The notes below the pieces were generated by a model. It saw only the letters and a list, made by a program, of their open reading frames with translations, was not told the origin of the DNA and made no database searches. From positions 18,377 through 82,376 of the forward strand of contig JBALVI010000010.1 of the NCBI GenBank assembly GCA_036961205.1: a stretch of 64,000 nt of DNA, in the 5' to 3' direction. Positions 44,742 to 55,800 of the stretch are shown here, one piece after another (the first letter of the stretch is position 1; the number at the start of each line of letters is the position of its first letter). Source of the DNA: Halioglobus sp. (GTDB lineage Bacteria > Pseudomonadota > Gammaproteobacteria > Pseudomonadales > Halieaceae). The position numbers and the translations under genes are program-made.

Positions 44742-44905
44742 GGGCTATGGTCTCAATTTTCCGTTTGGTGATTGTGAATGCTTGCAATGACCTCCCAAAG
44801 AAGCACATAATAAAAAACAGTCGATCCTGATTGTAATATCAGAAGGGCGACAAAGTCTACCCAACCGGCCTAAACAGGCGATTACAGGACAGAGCTGACA
44901 AACCC

Positions 44906-46306
44906 ATGACCCAGGACACTACACCACCAAAACCCGGTGAGGCCCGCGCCAGCGGCCCCTCGGTAGCAGATACCCTGGCATCAGACCGGCATCCACCACC
45001 CCAGCCATTGCTGGAAAATAGCTACGATTTTCTCGGCGATGAAGACATACCCTTTGAGCGTTACACCTCGGCTGATTTTTTTGAGCGAGAGATACGCGAA
45101 ATGTGGGCGCGCAGTTGGCAATGGGCCTGCCGTGAGGAACACCTGCCTGATGTAGGGGACAACTACGTATACGATATCGGCCCGTACTCGGTCATCGTGG
45201 TGCGCTCCGGTGAAGACACCATCGAGGCTTTCCTCAATACCTGTACTCACCGGGGAACGCGCCTGCTGGCCGCCGAGGGCAGTGGATACAGCGCTGCTTT
45301 TACCTGTCCTTTCCATGGATGGTCATGGGAGCTCGACGGGGCTATCCGCAATATTCCCGGACGCTGGGATTTTCCCCACGTTTGTAATGAAACCCATAAT
45401 CTGCAGCGAGTTAGTTGTGAACGCTGGGGTGGTTTCGTATTTATCAATATTGACCCGGATGCGAAGCCCCTGGCTGATTACCTGGACGTATTGCCGGAAC
45501 ACTTCAAACACTTCCCACTGGAACGTCGGCGCATCAAGGCCCATGTACAGAAGACGCTGCCGGCCAACTGGAAGGCCGCGCAGGAGGCATTCATGGAGGC
45601 CTATCATAACTTTGAGACACACGACTCCCCCAACGGCAGCAACGCCCAGTACGATATTTTTGGCAAGTATGTCAGTCGCTTTTTACACAACATAGGTAAC
45701 TACAGCCCGCAGTCGCTAGACGATTATCCCGGTGACAAATGGCGTAGGCCGGCCATGACCGAGGAAGAGCAGCTGGATTTTCTCGGGGTTTTCGGGCTTG
45801 AACACACCGGTATTGAGGAAGGCGAAACAGCCCGCAGTATCATTGCCGATAAGCTGCGCGAGCATTTTAGCGCGACCCTGGGTATCGACATGTCAAGCGT
45901 CAGTGAAAGTCTGATGCTGGACTCGATTGAGTACCATATGTTCCCGAATATGTTTTTCTTCGCCGGCATTAATGTCCCTATGGTTTATCGTTTCCGCCCC
46001 AACGGGAATGATGTAGATAGCAGTATTCTGGATATACTGATCATGGAACCCCTTGCAGAGGGCGCTGAGCATCCCGAACCGCCGGAGCCGGTGTCACTGA
46101 CTGTGGAGCAGTCCTATACCGAGGCCGAAGTACTGGGTTGGCTGGCACCTGTCTACGATCAAGATACAGCGAACCTGGCACAGCAACAGCAGGGTTTCAA
46201 GATCAGCCGTAAACCGGGGCTTACACTGGGTAATTATCAGGAGGCGAGAATACGCCGTGTACACCTGACCCTGGATGAATTCCTGTCTGGCAATCCGGAC
46301 GATTAG
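44906..46306 (+). CDS. Rieske non-heme iron oxygenase, alpha subunit type
   Basis: It has CTHRGTRL...CPFHGWSW and EAFMEAYHNFETHD. Confidence 0.9.
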   Translation: MTQDTTPPKPGEARASGPSVADTLASDRHPPPQPLLENSYDFLGDEDIPFERYTSADFFEREIREMWARSWQWACREEHLPDVGDNYVYDIGPYSVIVVRSGEDTIEAFLNTCTHRGTRLLAAEGSGYSAAFTCPFHGWSWELDGAIRNIPGRWDFPHVCNETHNLQRVSCERWGGFVFINIDPDAKPLADYLDVLPEHFKHFPLERRRIKAHVQKTLPANWKAAQEAFMEAYHNFETHDSPNGSNAQYDIFGKYVSRFLHNIGNYSPQSLDDYPGDKWRRPAMTEEEQLDFLGVFGLEHTGIEEGETARSIIADKLREHFSATLGIDMSSVSESLMLDSIEYHMFPNMFFFAGINVPMVYRFRPNGNDVDSSILDILIMEPLAEGAEHPEPPEPVSLTVEQSYTEAEVLGWLAPVYDQDTANLAQQQQGFKISRKPGLTLGNYQEARIRRVHLTLDEFLSGNPDD

Positions 46307-46319
46307 GAGGGATTATTTT

Positions 46320-46652
46320 TTGAACGATAAGCTGTATCAAAAAGTAGCGCAGGAACAGGATGTTCCCAGGGGAAAAACACTTTGTGTGGAAGTACAGGGG
46401 CGCGAAGTTCTGCTGTGCCATACCGCCGATGGGTACTTTGCAGTAGACAACCTGTGTACTCATGCCGATGCCAGGTTGTGTGAAGGCAAGCTCAAGGGCA
46501 ACCGAATCCTCTGTCCGTTACACGGTGCTGCGTTTGATGTACGTGACGGCAGTGCGCTGTCCCGCCCAGCCTCCATTCCCCTGGCCACATATCCGGTACG
46601 AGCGGATGAGGATGGTATCGCAGTCTTAGTGGATACAAACGGCGAAGGCTAA
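46320..46652 (+). CDS. Rieske [2Fe-2S] ferredoxin component
   Basis: The TTG at 46320 has AGGAGG at 46305-46310. It carries CTHADARL...CPLHGAAF. The track ORF start at 46275 would overlap the upstream gene and lacks an SD. Confidence 0.82.
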   Translation: MNDKLYQKVAQEQDVPRGKTLCVEVQGREVLLCHTADGYFAVDNLCTHADARLCEGKLKGNRILCPLHGAAFDVRDGSALSRPASIPLATYPVRADEDGIAVLVDTNGEG

Positions 46653-46869
46653 TGGCACAGACCGCCAAGTAAACGACATTTTGAAATCATGCGGGAATTG
46701 GTGGCGTTGGTCTGTATTCATCCCTGAATTATCTCTTGGCGCGATTTTACTTGGCAGTACCATTTCACTGATTGTTTGAATTACTGATTGCCGCTTCAAT
46801 TGGGAATTCAACAGGGACAGGTTTATACTGAGAGTGTGTAATTCAAGTCCACTGTAACGGAGTAAGACT

Positions 46870-47124
46870 ATGCCAGTAGAAAATCTAAAAGCCCTGATCG
46901 GTGAGTTGCATGACAGTTTTGGGGATAATGAAACCAGCACGCAACAGCAGCAATTAATGGAACAACTGCAAACTTACATACACGACATTGATACAGCTGA
47001 ACCGGTTCCACCCGGCCTTATAGAATCCGCAGAAATCCTGTTAGAGGAAGTGGAAGAAGGTTACCCCCAAACAGCTGCCAGCATAAGACAGGTCATCAAC
47101 GCTCTCGGTAATATGGGCATTTAG
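46870..47124 (+). CDS. small acidic protein (DUF4404-like)
   Basis: 84 aa with GGAG upstream. LKALIGELHDSFGDNE...LLEEVEEGYPQTAASIRQVINALGNMGI resembles DUF4404 as I recall it. Confidence 0.55.
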   Translation: MPVENLKALIGELHDSFGDNETSTQQQQLMEQLQTYIHDIDTAEPVPPGLIESAEILLEEVEEGYPQTAASIRQVINALGNMGI

Positions 47125-47254
47125 AAAGTCCTGGCAGGTTTTGACCCGTTGAAGACTGAGGCTCGCAGAGACGCCATCCTCAGCGTGAAGTAACCCCCCC
47201 TACCCTATTCTTCATACGCACTTTACAATAGCGCATGGATTACAGGAGACTTAC

Positions 47255-50200
47255 ATGACGCCGGTGACTCAAATTCGCGGTTTCATGCCTTTTACCGCCG
47301 TTGTCTTGCTGCAGGCCGCGGTCGCGCTGGGCCATTCGACAGTTATTTACACTGCAATTTCCCGAGGCTATACCGGCCAACACCCGTTGGCGCTAACGGC
47401 ACTTGCCAACGCCCTGGTGATATTGCCAATGGTGCTAATGTTCTCCCCGGCGGGCTACCTCACCGACCGCTTGCCGAAATCCCTTGTTATGCGATGGGCA
47501 AGCCTGGCCGGTTTGATTGCCAGTGTTCTTATCGCGGGCAGCTATTACCTCGGTTGGTTTTGGGGTGCATTCGCCCTGACCCTGTTGCTATCTGTACAGA
47601 ATGTGTTCTTCTCCCCGGCAAAATACAGCCATATTCGCGAACTGGTGGACAATGCAGGCCTGTCGCGCGCCAATAGTGTTATTCAGGTTGCCAGTGTCAT
47701 TGGTTTGCTGGCAGGTGCACTACTGCTCTCCTCGTTTTGTGCCGCCTGGTTGAGTGGAACATCTGAGCTGAACAGCGGCCAGGTATTGCTTGCGGTTGCT
47801 CCAGCAGGCTGGATTCTGGTGGCGCTGTCTGGCGTGGCCTGGTTACTCAGTTTTCGCCTGGTGGAACACGTAGAAGTCGCCAGCGACACACGTTTTGATG
47901 CGCGAAAGTACCTGAAATTACGTTACCTGCGGCAAAACTTGAAGCTGCTGCGACAGCAGCGTTCGATACGCTCAGCTGTCGTTGGACTCGCGACGTTCTG
48001 GACCATTGCTCAAATCATACTCATAGCCATGCCCGCCCTGATCGGGCAGTTGCCGATAAGCGTCAACGGCATGAACGGCCCAGCTGTTCTGACCTTTTCC
48101 TGCCTGGGATTGGCGTCAGGCGCGCTGCTGGCAGGACGCATTTCCCGCAACCACCTTGAAATCGGCCTGATCCCATTCAGTGCCCTGGGGATCGCCGTAT
48201 TACTGGCATTGGCCCCCTCATTGGAAAGCATGCCAAGCCTGGCGGCGACACTGGTGGCCACCAGCTTTCTTGGCGGCCTGTTCGTGGTGCCGCTCAACGC
48301 ATTAATCCAGTTTCAGGCACCACCGGGACAATTGGGCACGATTTCCGCGGGACGCAACTGGTTCCAGGCCATTGGTATGTTAATTGGACTGGGCCTGGGT
48401 GTGGTTGCAAATATGCAGGGCGTGGATGCCGCCAGCCTCTTCTACGCCTTGGCACTGGTGGCAGCAGTTGGGGCCGGCTACTGCGTGCGAGAATTGCCAC
48501 ACTCACTGACCCGCACCATCGCCCGGGCCATTCTCAAGCGTCGCTTTCGACTGGAGGTACTCGGTTTTGAAAACCTGCCCAGCTCAGGCGCAGTACTGTT
48601 GCTTGGTAATCACACTTCCTGGGTGGACTGGGCAATGGTGCAGGTCGCATGTCCCAGACAGGTGCGCTTCGTATTACAGCGAGATGTCTCCAATAATTGG
48701 TTCATGAAACTGTTTTTCCGTCTGACAGGTACGGCGGCGATCTCGACCCAGGGCGAAGAAGGCTGCAATGACAGAGTCACCGAGCTATTACAGCAGGGAC
48801 GAGTTGTTTGCATGTTTCCGGAGCGCGGGATCAGCGGCAACGGTCAGCTTGGAGAGTTTCTAAACGACTTTGAAAATGCAGTACAGTCGGTAGAAGACGG
48901 CGTCATCATACCCTTCTACCTTAGGGGGCTGTGGGGCACACGCTTTTCCCGGTCCGATGAGGGCCTGCGGGATTCGCGCTCACCCAGCTTGCGCCGGGAC
49001 CTGATCGTCGCTTTCGGCAAGCCCCTGCCATTGGACACGCGAGCAGGTAACCTGAAACAGAAAGTCTTCGACCTGTCGATCACTGCCTGGGAGTCTTATA
49101 CCAAGACACTCGACCCGCTCCCTCTGGCCTGGCTGAAGAGGGTCAAGCGCAAACCTGGCGACATATGCATAGTGGACGCCTCTGAAGTAAAACTGACGAG
49201 ACGCCGTTTTGGGGCTGCTACACTCGCTTTTTCCGGCGCTATGAATCTGGACCCGGTAGCGGAAAACGTTGGACTGTTGCTGCCCGCGAGTAATGCAGCT
49301 TCGATCGCCAACATGGCAGTGATGCTCATGGGTAGAGCTGCCGTTAATCTCAACTTCAGTGCATCACCTGCCGCAGTCAATGCCGGAATTGTCGAGGCGG
49401 GTATTAAGCAGGTATTTACCTCGCGCCAATTTGAGGCCCGCCTGGATGCGCGCGGTGTTGATTTTTCTGCGATGCTGACCGGCGCCGAAATCATCTACAT
49501 GGAGGACATCAAGGAGGCTATTCCAAAATGGCGCCTGATCCTGTCTCTACTGCAAATACAGCTGTTGCCCGCCGGCCTGATTTACGCGCTAAAGGGAGTG
49601 CCCTCAACGCTGGAAGACCCAGCCGCCATTCTTTTCTCCAGTGGCAGCGAGGGCAAGCCCAAGGGCGTAGTGCTTTCGCACCGAAATATTCAATCTAACT
49701 GCAAACAAATTTCTGACGTGCTCAACACCCGGGTTGACGATGTGGTGATAGCCTCTCTGCCACCATTTCACGCCTTTGGACTCACGGTCACCCTGATTAT
49801 GCCTTTGATAGAAGGCGTGCCGGTAGCCTGTCACCCTGACCCTACCGATGTGCTGGGTATTGCCCAGACCGTGGCCAAGTACCGCGCCACCATACTGTTT
49901 GGTACAGCGACGTTTCTCAGCCTGTATGCCCGCAACCGCAAGGTAGCGCCAGTAATGCTGGATTCATTACGTTTCGTGGTGGCCGGTGCCGAGAAGCTGC
50001 CGGAGAAAGTGCGCCAGGATTTTCAGCTCAAGTTCAACAAATTCATTCTTGAAGGCTACGGCGCTACAGAGACTACCCCGGTCGCCAGTGTCAACGTCCC
50101 GGATGCAGTCGATACCAGCGACTGGAAAATCCAGGTGGGTGGTCTTAAGGGCAGTGTGGGCATGCCGTTACCGGGCACCAGCTTTAAAGTCGTTGACCCC

Positions 50201-50719
50201 GACACCCGGCGAGAGCTGCCGTTGGGCGAAGATGGCATGATTCTCATATCTGGTAACCAGGTAATGCTGGGCTACCTTAATGATGATGCGAAAACCAGTG
50301 AAGTGATATTCGAGCAGGATGGCATGCGCTGGTATGTGACGGGTGACAAGGGTCACATCTCTCCAGAGGGTTTTTTGATGATCGTTGATCGCTATTCGCG
50401 TTTCGCCAAGATTGGCGGCGAAATGGTGAGCCTGGGCGCGGTAGAGGAAGCGGCACGCAGTGTGCTCGAAGAGGACTCGGAGGCAGACCTTGCTGCAGCG
50501 GCTGTGCCGGACGCTAAAAAGGGAGAGAAAATCGTTATGCTGGTCACCAGCAACGATCTGGAAAACGAACTGCGCGACAAAATGATTGCCGCAGGCGTTG
50601 CTCCGATGATGTTACCAAGCCAGGTGATCCGCGTGGAGGAAGTGCCCAAACTAGGCAGCGGGAAAACCGATTTTAGCGCGCTTAACCAACTGGCCGGGGA
50701 ACTGACGCAGCGTGAATAA
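47255..50719 (+). CDS. LplT-like MFS transporter / PlsC acyltransferase / acyl-ACP synthetase (Aas) triple fusion
   Basis: 1154 aa. The N-terminal ~420 aa are polytopic and MFS-like. It has an HX4D acyltransferase motif (NHTSWVDW) and an AMP-binding motif (LFSSGSEGKPKGV), plus later GYGATETTP and GDKG blocks. Confidence 0.88.
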   Translation: MTPVTQIRGFMPFTAVVLLQAAVALGHSTVIYTAISRGYTGQHPLALTALANALVILPMVLMFSPAGYLTDRLPKSLVMRWASLAGLIASVLIAGSYYLGWFWGAFALTLLLSVQNVFFSPAKYSHIRELVDNAGLSRANSVIQVASVIGLLAGALLLSSFCAAWLSGTSELNSGQVLLAVAPAGWILVALSGVAWLLSFRLVEHVEVASDTRFDARKYLKLRYLRQNLKLLRQQRSIRSAVVGLATFWTIAQIILIAMPALIGQLPISVNGMNGPAVLTFSCLGLASGALLAGRISRNHLEIGLIPFSALGIAVLLALAPSLESMPSLAATLVATSFLGGLFVVPLNALIQFQAPPGQLGTISAGRNWFQAIGMLIGLGLGVVANMQGVDAASLFYALALVAAVGAGYCVRELPHSLTRTIARAILKRRFRLEVLGFENLPSSGAVLLLGNHTSWVDWAMVQVACPRQVRFVLQRDVSNNWFMKLFFRLTGTAAISTQGEEGCNDRVTELLQQGRVVCMFPERGISGNGQLGEFLNDFENAVQSVEDGVIIPFYLRGLWGTRFSRSDEGLRDSRSPSLRRDLIVAFGKPLPLDTRAGNLKQKVFDLSITAWESYTKTLDPLPLAWLKRVKRKPGDICIVDASEVKLTRRRFGAATLAFSGAMNLDPVAENVGLLLPASNAASIANMAVMLMGRAAVNLNFSASPAAVNAGIVEAGIKQVFTSRQFEARLDARGVDFSAMLTGAEIIYMEDIKEAIPKWRLILSLLQIQLLPAGLIYALKGVPSTLEDPAAILFSSGSEGKPKGVVLSHRNIQSNCKQISDVLNTRVDDVVIASLPPFHAFGLTVTLIMPLIEGVPVACHPDPTDVLGIAQTVAKYRATILFGTATFLSLYARNRKVAPVMLDSLRFVVAGAEKLPEKVRQDFQLKFNKFILEGYGATETTPVASVNVPDAVDTSDWKIQVGGLKGSVGMPLPGTSFKVVDPDTRRELPLGEDGMILISGNQVMLGYLNDDAKTSEVIFEQDGMRWYVTGDKGHISPEGFLMIVDRYSRFAKIGGEMVSLGAVEEAARSVLEEDSEADLAAAAVPDAKKGEKIVMLVTSNDLENELRDKMIAAGVAPMMLPSQVIRVEEVPKLGSGKTDFSALNQLAGELTQRE

Positions 50720-50792
50720 GATTAGGGACTGGCATTATCGACAACTTACAAAAGTGTATTTAGCAAAGCACGTAGCCGGGTAGCAGTCCGCA

Positions 50793-51425
50793 ATGCCAAA
50801 AAAAATTCCCAAGTCGCAATTATCCAAGATCGAAACCATCACCGTGGGACATTATGAGAACAATGCCTCATCTTTTTGGCTGGGGACGAAGGATCACGAT
50901 GTCACTCAAAACTACGACAAGTTCCTCAGTCAATTCCCTGAAGGGCGCGAGCTCGATATCCTGGATTTCGGCTGCGGCCCGGGTCGCGACCTGGCCTATT
51001 TCGAATCTCTGAATCATCGACCGGTCGGTCTGGACGGCAGTGAAGCCTTTTGCGACATGGCGCGGGCCAATAGTGGCTGTCCGGTTCTGCATCAGCAGTT
51101 CCTGTCGCTGAACTTGCCCGATGAGGCCTTCGACGGCGTCTTCGCCAATGCCTCGCTATTCCACATTCCAGGTCAGGAACTGCCGCGGGTTCTGAAGGAA
51201 CTGCACAGTACGCTGCGTCCGAAGGGGATTCTGTTTTCATCGAACCCGCGCGGCAATAGCGAGGGCTGGTCTGATCAACGCTATGGTCATTTTATCGAGT
51301 TTGAAGAGTCACTGGCTAATCTGGAGGCCGCCGGCTTCGAGGTACTGGAACATTACTATCGACCCGCCGGTGCACCACGCTCCGAGCAGCCATGGTTGGC
51401 CGTTGTCAGTCGTCGGGTTGGTTAA
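50793..51425 (+). CDS. class I SAM-dependent methyltransferase
   Basis: Motif I is ILDFGCGPGRD and the post-I region is LDGSEAF. Confidence 0.85.
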   Translation: MPKKIPKSQLSKIETITVGHYENNASSFWLGTKDHDVTQNYDKFLSQFPEGRELDILDFGCGPGRDLAYFESLNHRPVGLDGSEAFCDMARANSGCPVLHQQFLSLNLPDEAFDGVFANASLFHIPGQELPRVLKELHSTLRPKGILFSSNPRGNSEGWSDQRYGHFIEFEESLANLEAAGFEVLEHYYRPAGAPRSEQPWLAVVSRRVG

Positions 51426-51583
51426 TTCCGGCGCGCTCTGTTGGTATCAGTAGCCCCAGACGCGTATCCCCCGCCTGCCCCAAACATTCAGGTTTGGTGG
51501 ACTTTAGAAAACATTACATCTAGTCTAATTTACTCGCTGGCTTCACTTATCCCTACAATAGAAAACGCACAGGACACGCAACC

Positions 51584-52813
51584 ATGTCGGATCAAGATGC
51601 CATGTCACAAGCAATCCCTGAATACGCAGGCTGGTTTGGCGCAGATCCTGATTTGCCCGGTTTCAAACTGAACCCTCACGGGCTTTATCGACATTTGAGA
51701 GAAACCGCACCAGTAAACCTCACTCCAAACGAGATGTGGAGATTGACTCGCTACGAAGATATACAGCGTTTGCTTAAACACACGCCCGCCGGCATGCGAG
51801 ATTCCGAAGGCCTGGTTGCGGGCATGACAAGGGAAGAGAGCGATGCCAACCGATTTATACTGCAGATGGACCCGCCTGACCATGACAGGATACGTCGTCT
51901 GGTCAGCAAGGCCTTTACCCCGCCGGCACTTACTGCACTTAGACCGCTTGTGCAGCAAAGTATTGATCAGGTGCTGGAGCAAATTGACCCCAGTGACACC
52001 ACGATTGATGTAGTCCCCCAGTTGGCGTTACCTGTCCCCGCTGCGTCAATTTGTGCCATGTTAGGTGTGCCCTTTAGCGATAAAGAGTTGCTGTCTGAAT
52101 GGGTCTCGTTGGCAACCTTTCGGATCGCTGCCGGCGCTTATCCTGAAATGCAGGAAAAAGCGGCTGAAGCGCTGCAAAACCTTATTGGCTATATGATGGT
52201 GTTAATAGAGGAGCGCCGAAAAAATCCGACAGAGGATATTCTTGGGGCGTTGGTAAGTGCGGAAGAAGAAGGCGATCGCCTGGATATAGAGGAGCTTGTA
52301 TTTAACAGTATTGGCCTGCTGATTGCCGGATTAGAAACAACCATAGGATTGATAGGCCATGCAATGCGTTGTTTTGCAAGATTTCCTGATCAATGGGAGC
52401 TGTTATACCAGCAACCTGAATTACTCGATTCTGCGATCGAGGAGTGCCTGCGTTTTGAGCCTTCAGTGCCTCTTACAATTCGTACTTTGCATGAAGATAC
52501 CGAGTTTGGCGGTATTATGATTCCTAAAGACAACCGCGTGATGGCTGTATTGATAGCTGGAAATCGCGACCCTGCAGTGTTCAGTAATCCTGACAATTTT
52601 GATATCACCCGCAACGAGGGCAGACATTGCTCGTTTGGTGGCGGCATCCATTTTTGTCTGGGTTCGCACCTGGCCAGGCTTAATACTGAAATAGCCCTTT
52701 CTTCAATGGTCAGTCGGTTTACCAATCTTCAACTAAACGATGAAGATATAGAATGGGCACCATCCTTGTTTAGAATACCCTCAAAGATGCCGCTGCAGTT
52801 TACACGCCGTTAG
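51584..52813 (+). CDS. cytochrome P450
   Basis: The heme-thiolate loop is FGGGIHFCLG and the ExxR is in AIEECLRFEP. The I-helix-like segment is LLIAGLETT. Confidence 0.93.
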   Translation: MSDQDAMSQAIPEYAGWFGADPDLPGFKLNPHGLYRHLRETAPVNLTPNEMWRLTRYEDIQRLLKHTPAGMRDSEGLVAGMTREESDANRFILQMDPPDHDRIRRLVSKAFTPPALTALRPLVQQSIDQVLEQIDPSDTTIDVVPQLALPVPAASICAMLGVPFSDKELLSEWVSLATFRIAAGAYPEMQEKAAEALQNLIGYMMVLIEERRKNPTEDILGALVSAEEEGDRLDIEELVFNSIGLLIAGLETTIGLIGHAMRCFARFPDQWELLYQQPELLDSAIEECLRFEPSVPLTIRTLHEDTEFGGIMIPKDNRVMAVLIAGNRDPAVFSNPDNFDITRNEGRHCSFGGGIHFCLGSHLARLNTEIALSSMVSRFTNLQLNDEDIEWAPSLFRIPSKMPLQFTRR

Positions 52814-52832
52814 TCACTGATCAGAGAGTTAC

Positions 52833-55800
52833 CTATTGGCGCACCAACCATCTATCCATCAAGGAATAAGCCACCGGCACCACCAGCAGCGTCAATAGCG
52901 TAGAACTCACCACCCCGCCAATCACCGCCACCGCCAGCGGGCCGTACTGGCCAGCGCCCTCGCCCACCCCGACCGCAGCTGGCAACATCGCCAGCACAAT
53001 GGTTAACGATGTCATCAGCACTGGTCGCATCCGCCGCGGGCAGGCCTCCCGGATAGCAGTTGCGGTATCCATGCCGTCATTGCGGTAACGGTTGATCAAA
53101 TCTACCAGCAGGATGGAGTTCTTTGATACCAGCCCCACCAACAGCACCAGACCAATCATCGAATAAATATTCAGGGTATGGCCCGCCACCCACAACCCTA
53201 TGACGCCGCCGACAATAGCCAGCGGTTGGGCCAGCATCACCAGCACCGGTTGCAGGAATGAATTGAACTGGCTAGCCAGCACCATGTAGATCAGGATCAG
53301 GCCGGTGGCGAACACGAACAAGATGGCAGTGACCGATTTACCCAGTTCCTCGGCCTGGCCTGCCAGCGCAATGCGGTAGCCCGGCGGCAGTAGTTCATCG
53401 CCCAGGGCCTCGAACTCACTCACAGCCTGGCCCAGGTCCATCTGCGGGGTCGAGCTGAATTCAGCGGCGAAGGCCAGGTCAAAGCGGTTAACACTGGCCG
53501 GACCCAACGATTCCCTGATGTCGACCACGGAACCCAGGGGCAGTAATTCATTCGCCGGACCCTGCAGGTAAACGTTCTCCAGGTCGCGGGCCCGTTGCAT
53601 GCTGTCGCGCCGGGCCGCCAGACGCACATCGTAGCGCTCACCGTCGCCGGGCAGCGTATTGTATTTGGCGATATCCGCGCCACCCGCCAGTACACGCACA
53701 GTGTCGCCGATCTGCTGGGTGCTGATGCCAAGTGCCTGGGCTCGATTGCGGTCAACATCAAAATACAATTGTGGCCTATCCATTTTCAGCTCCATGCGCA
53801 CATCGCCGAAGTCCGGGATTTGTTTCAGACGCTGCTCCATCGCCCCCGCCAGCTCCGCCACGCGGTATAAATCCGGCCCGGTAATAAACGCAACAAAGGG
53901 TTCGCCAGTAGAGCCAAACATGGGATAAGCGCCAACAAAGCCCTGGACACCGGTTACCCGCTGCACCAACGTTCGCACCTGGGTCATGATCGCCTGCTGT
54001 GAGCGATCGCGGTCAGTCTGCGCCGACAGCAACACATTAAGTGTCGCTTGATTCACCTCACTGCCCTGGCCGCTGCCGACCGTACTCAGTACCCGTTGCA
54101 CCTCGGGCACATCGGCCAGTATCAATTCGACCTGGTCGATTTTTGTTTCCATATAGTCAATCGAGGATCCCAGCGGCGTCTTCAACTTGACCAGGAAACG
54201 CGATTCATCATCGCCGGGAAAAAACTCACTGCCAAGCTGCCCCATAAACCACCCGGTAGACCAGACCAGCATTGCAGTAAGACCCAGCACGATCACACGA
54301 TGGCTCAGGCTAAAACCCAACAGCCGACGGTAGAGTGTTTCCAGGCCCTGGTGGAAACCGGTAATACGCTTGCCCAGCCAGCCTGGTTCGCGCGTCTCTT
54401 GCTTCAAAAACCGTGCGCACAGTGCCGGGGTCAAACTCAGTGATACAAACAACGACGCCACCACCCCTACCGACACCACCACCGCAAAGGAACGCATGAA
54501 CACACCGATCATGCCTTGCATAAAAATTACCGTGGCAAAGATGCATACCAGAGTCAGGGTCGCCGCCAGTACAGCAAAGACCACTTCATTGGTGCCGTCG
54601 ATCGCCGCCTGTTCATAATCGGTTTCACCGGCCTCGATATGGCGATGAATATTTTCCAGCACCACAATGGCGTCATCGACCACCACCCCGATCAACAGCA
54701 ACAGGCCGCTGAGGGTCATAATATTAAAGGTATACCCCCCAAAGAACATCATCACCACCGCGCCCGCCAGTGACACCGGAATTGCCGTGGTAATAATGGC
54801 GGTGGCCGGCAGGTTCAGCAGGAATAACCACACCACCAGCGCTGCCAACAGCGTGCCTTCCAAAATGTGGTTCTTGAGCGCATTGGCCGTGCCGGAAATA
54901 ATGCCAGAGGCATCGGTGGCTACCACCAGTTCCACCCCATCGGGCAGGGACGGGATAATCACCTCGTTCAGACGCTCATTGATTTCATCGACAATCGCCA
55001 CGGTATTGGAATTTCTGACCTTGCGTACGGCGATCGCCAGCGCGTCTTCGCCGTTGAACCGGGACACACTGCGCTTGTCATCCAGGCCATCACTGATCGC
55101 CGCAATCTCAGACAACTTCACTGGCACCTGCTCTCGCCACATCACCACCAGGTCGGCCAGCTCCGCGGTGCTGTGAAACTCCAAATCCAGGTACAGCAGT
55201 TTTTCCAGCATACCGCCAACCAGGTAACCACCCGGTAACTGCACGTGTTCACGAGTAAAGGCCGCCATCACATCCTGGGCGGTGATGCCTAGCGCCGCCA
55301 TACGCGATAGATCCAGGTCGACACGTATCTTGCGTTCACGGCCGCCACCGATACTAACCCCACCTACGCCATTCACGTTTTCCAACTGGCGTTTAATCCG
55401 GGTCCGCGCTATCTGGTTCAGCTCGCTGAGCGCCCGATCACCTTTAAGTACCAACCACACGATGGGCTCGGCATTCATATCCATTTTCGCGACGATGGGC
55501 GTTTCCGCCTCGCGGGGCAGGTCATTGATGACCTGGTTCACCTTGGACTGGACCTCGTTAAAAGCCACATCCGGATTCTTGGTGAATACAAATTGAACCA
55601 CCACCTCCGATACACCCGGCGTAGACACCGACTGGATGTGCTCAATACCCGCCACCGCATTGACCGCCGATTCGAGTACTGAACTGACACTGGCGTCCAT
55701 CACTTCCGGACTGGCGCCCGGGTTCACCGTGGTGACGGTGATCATCGGGGGATTCACATTGGGCAGTCGGTCCAGGCCGACGCCGCGCAGACCGATAAAG

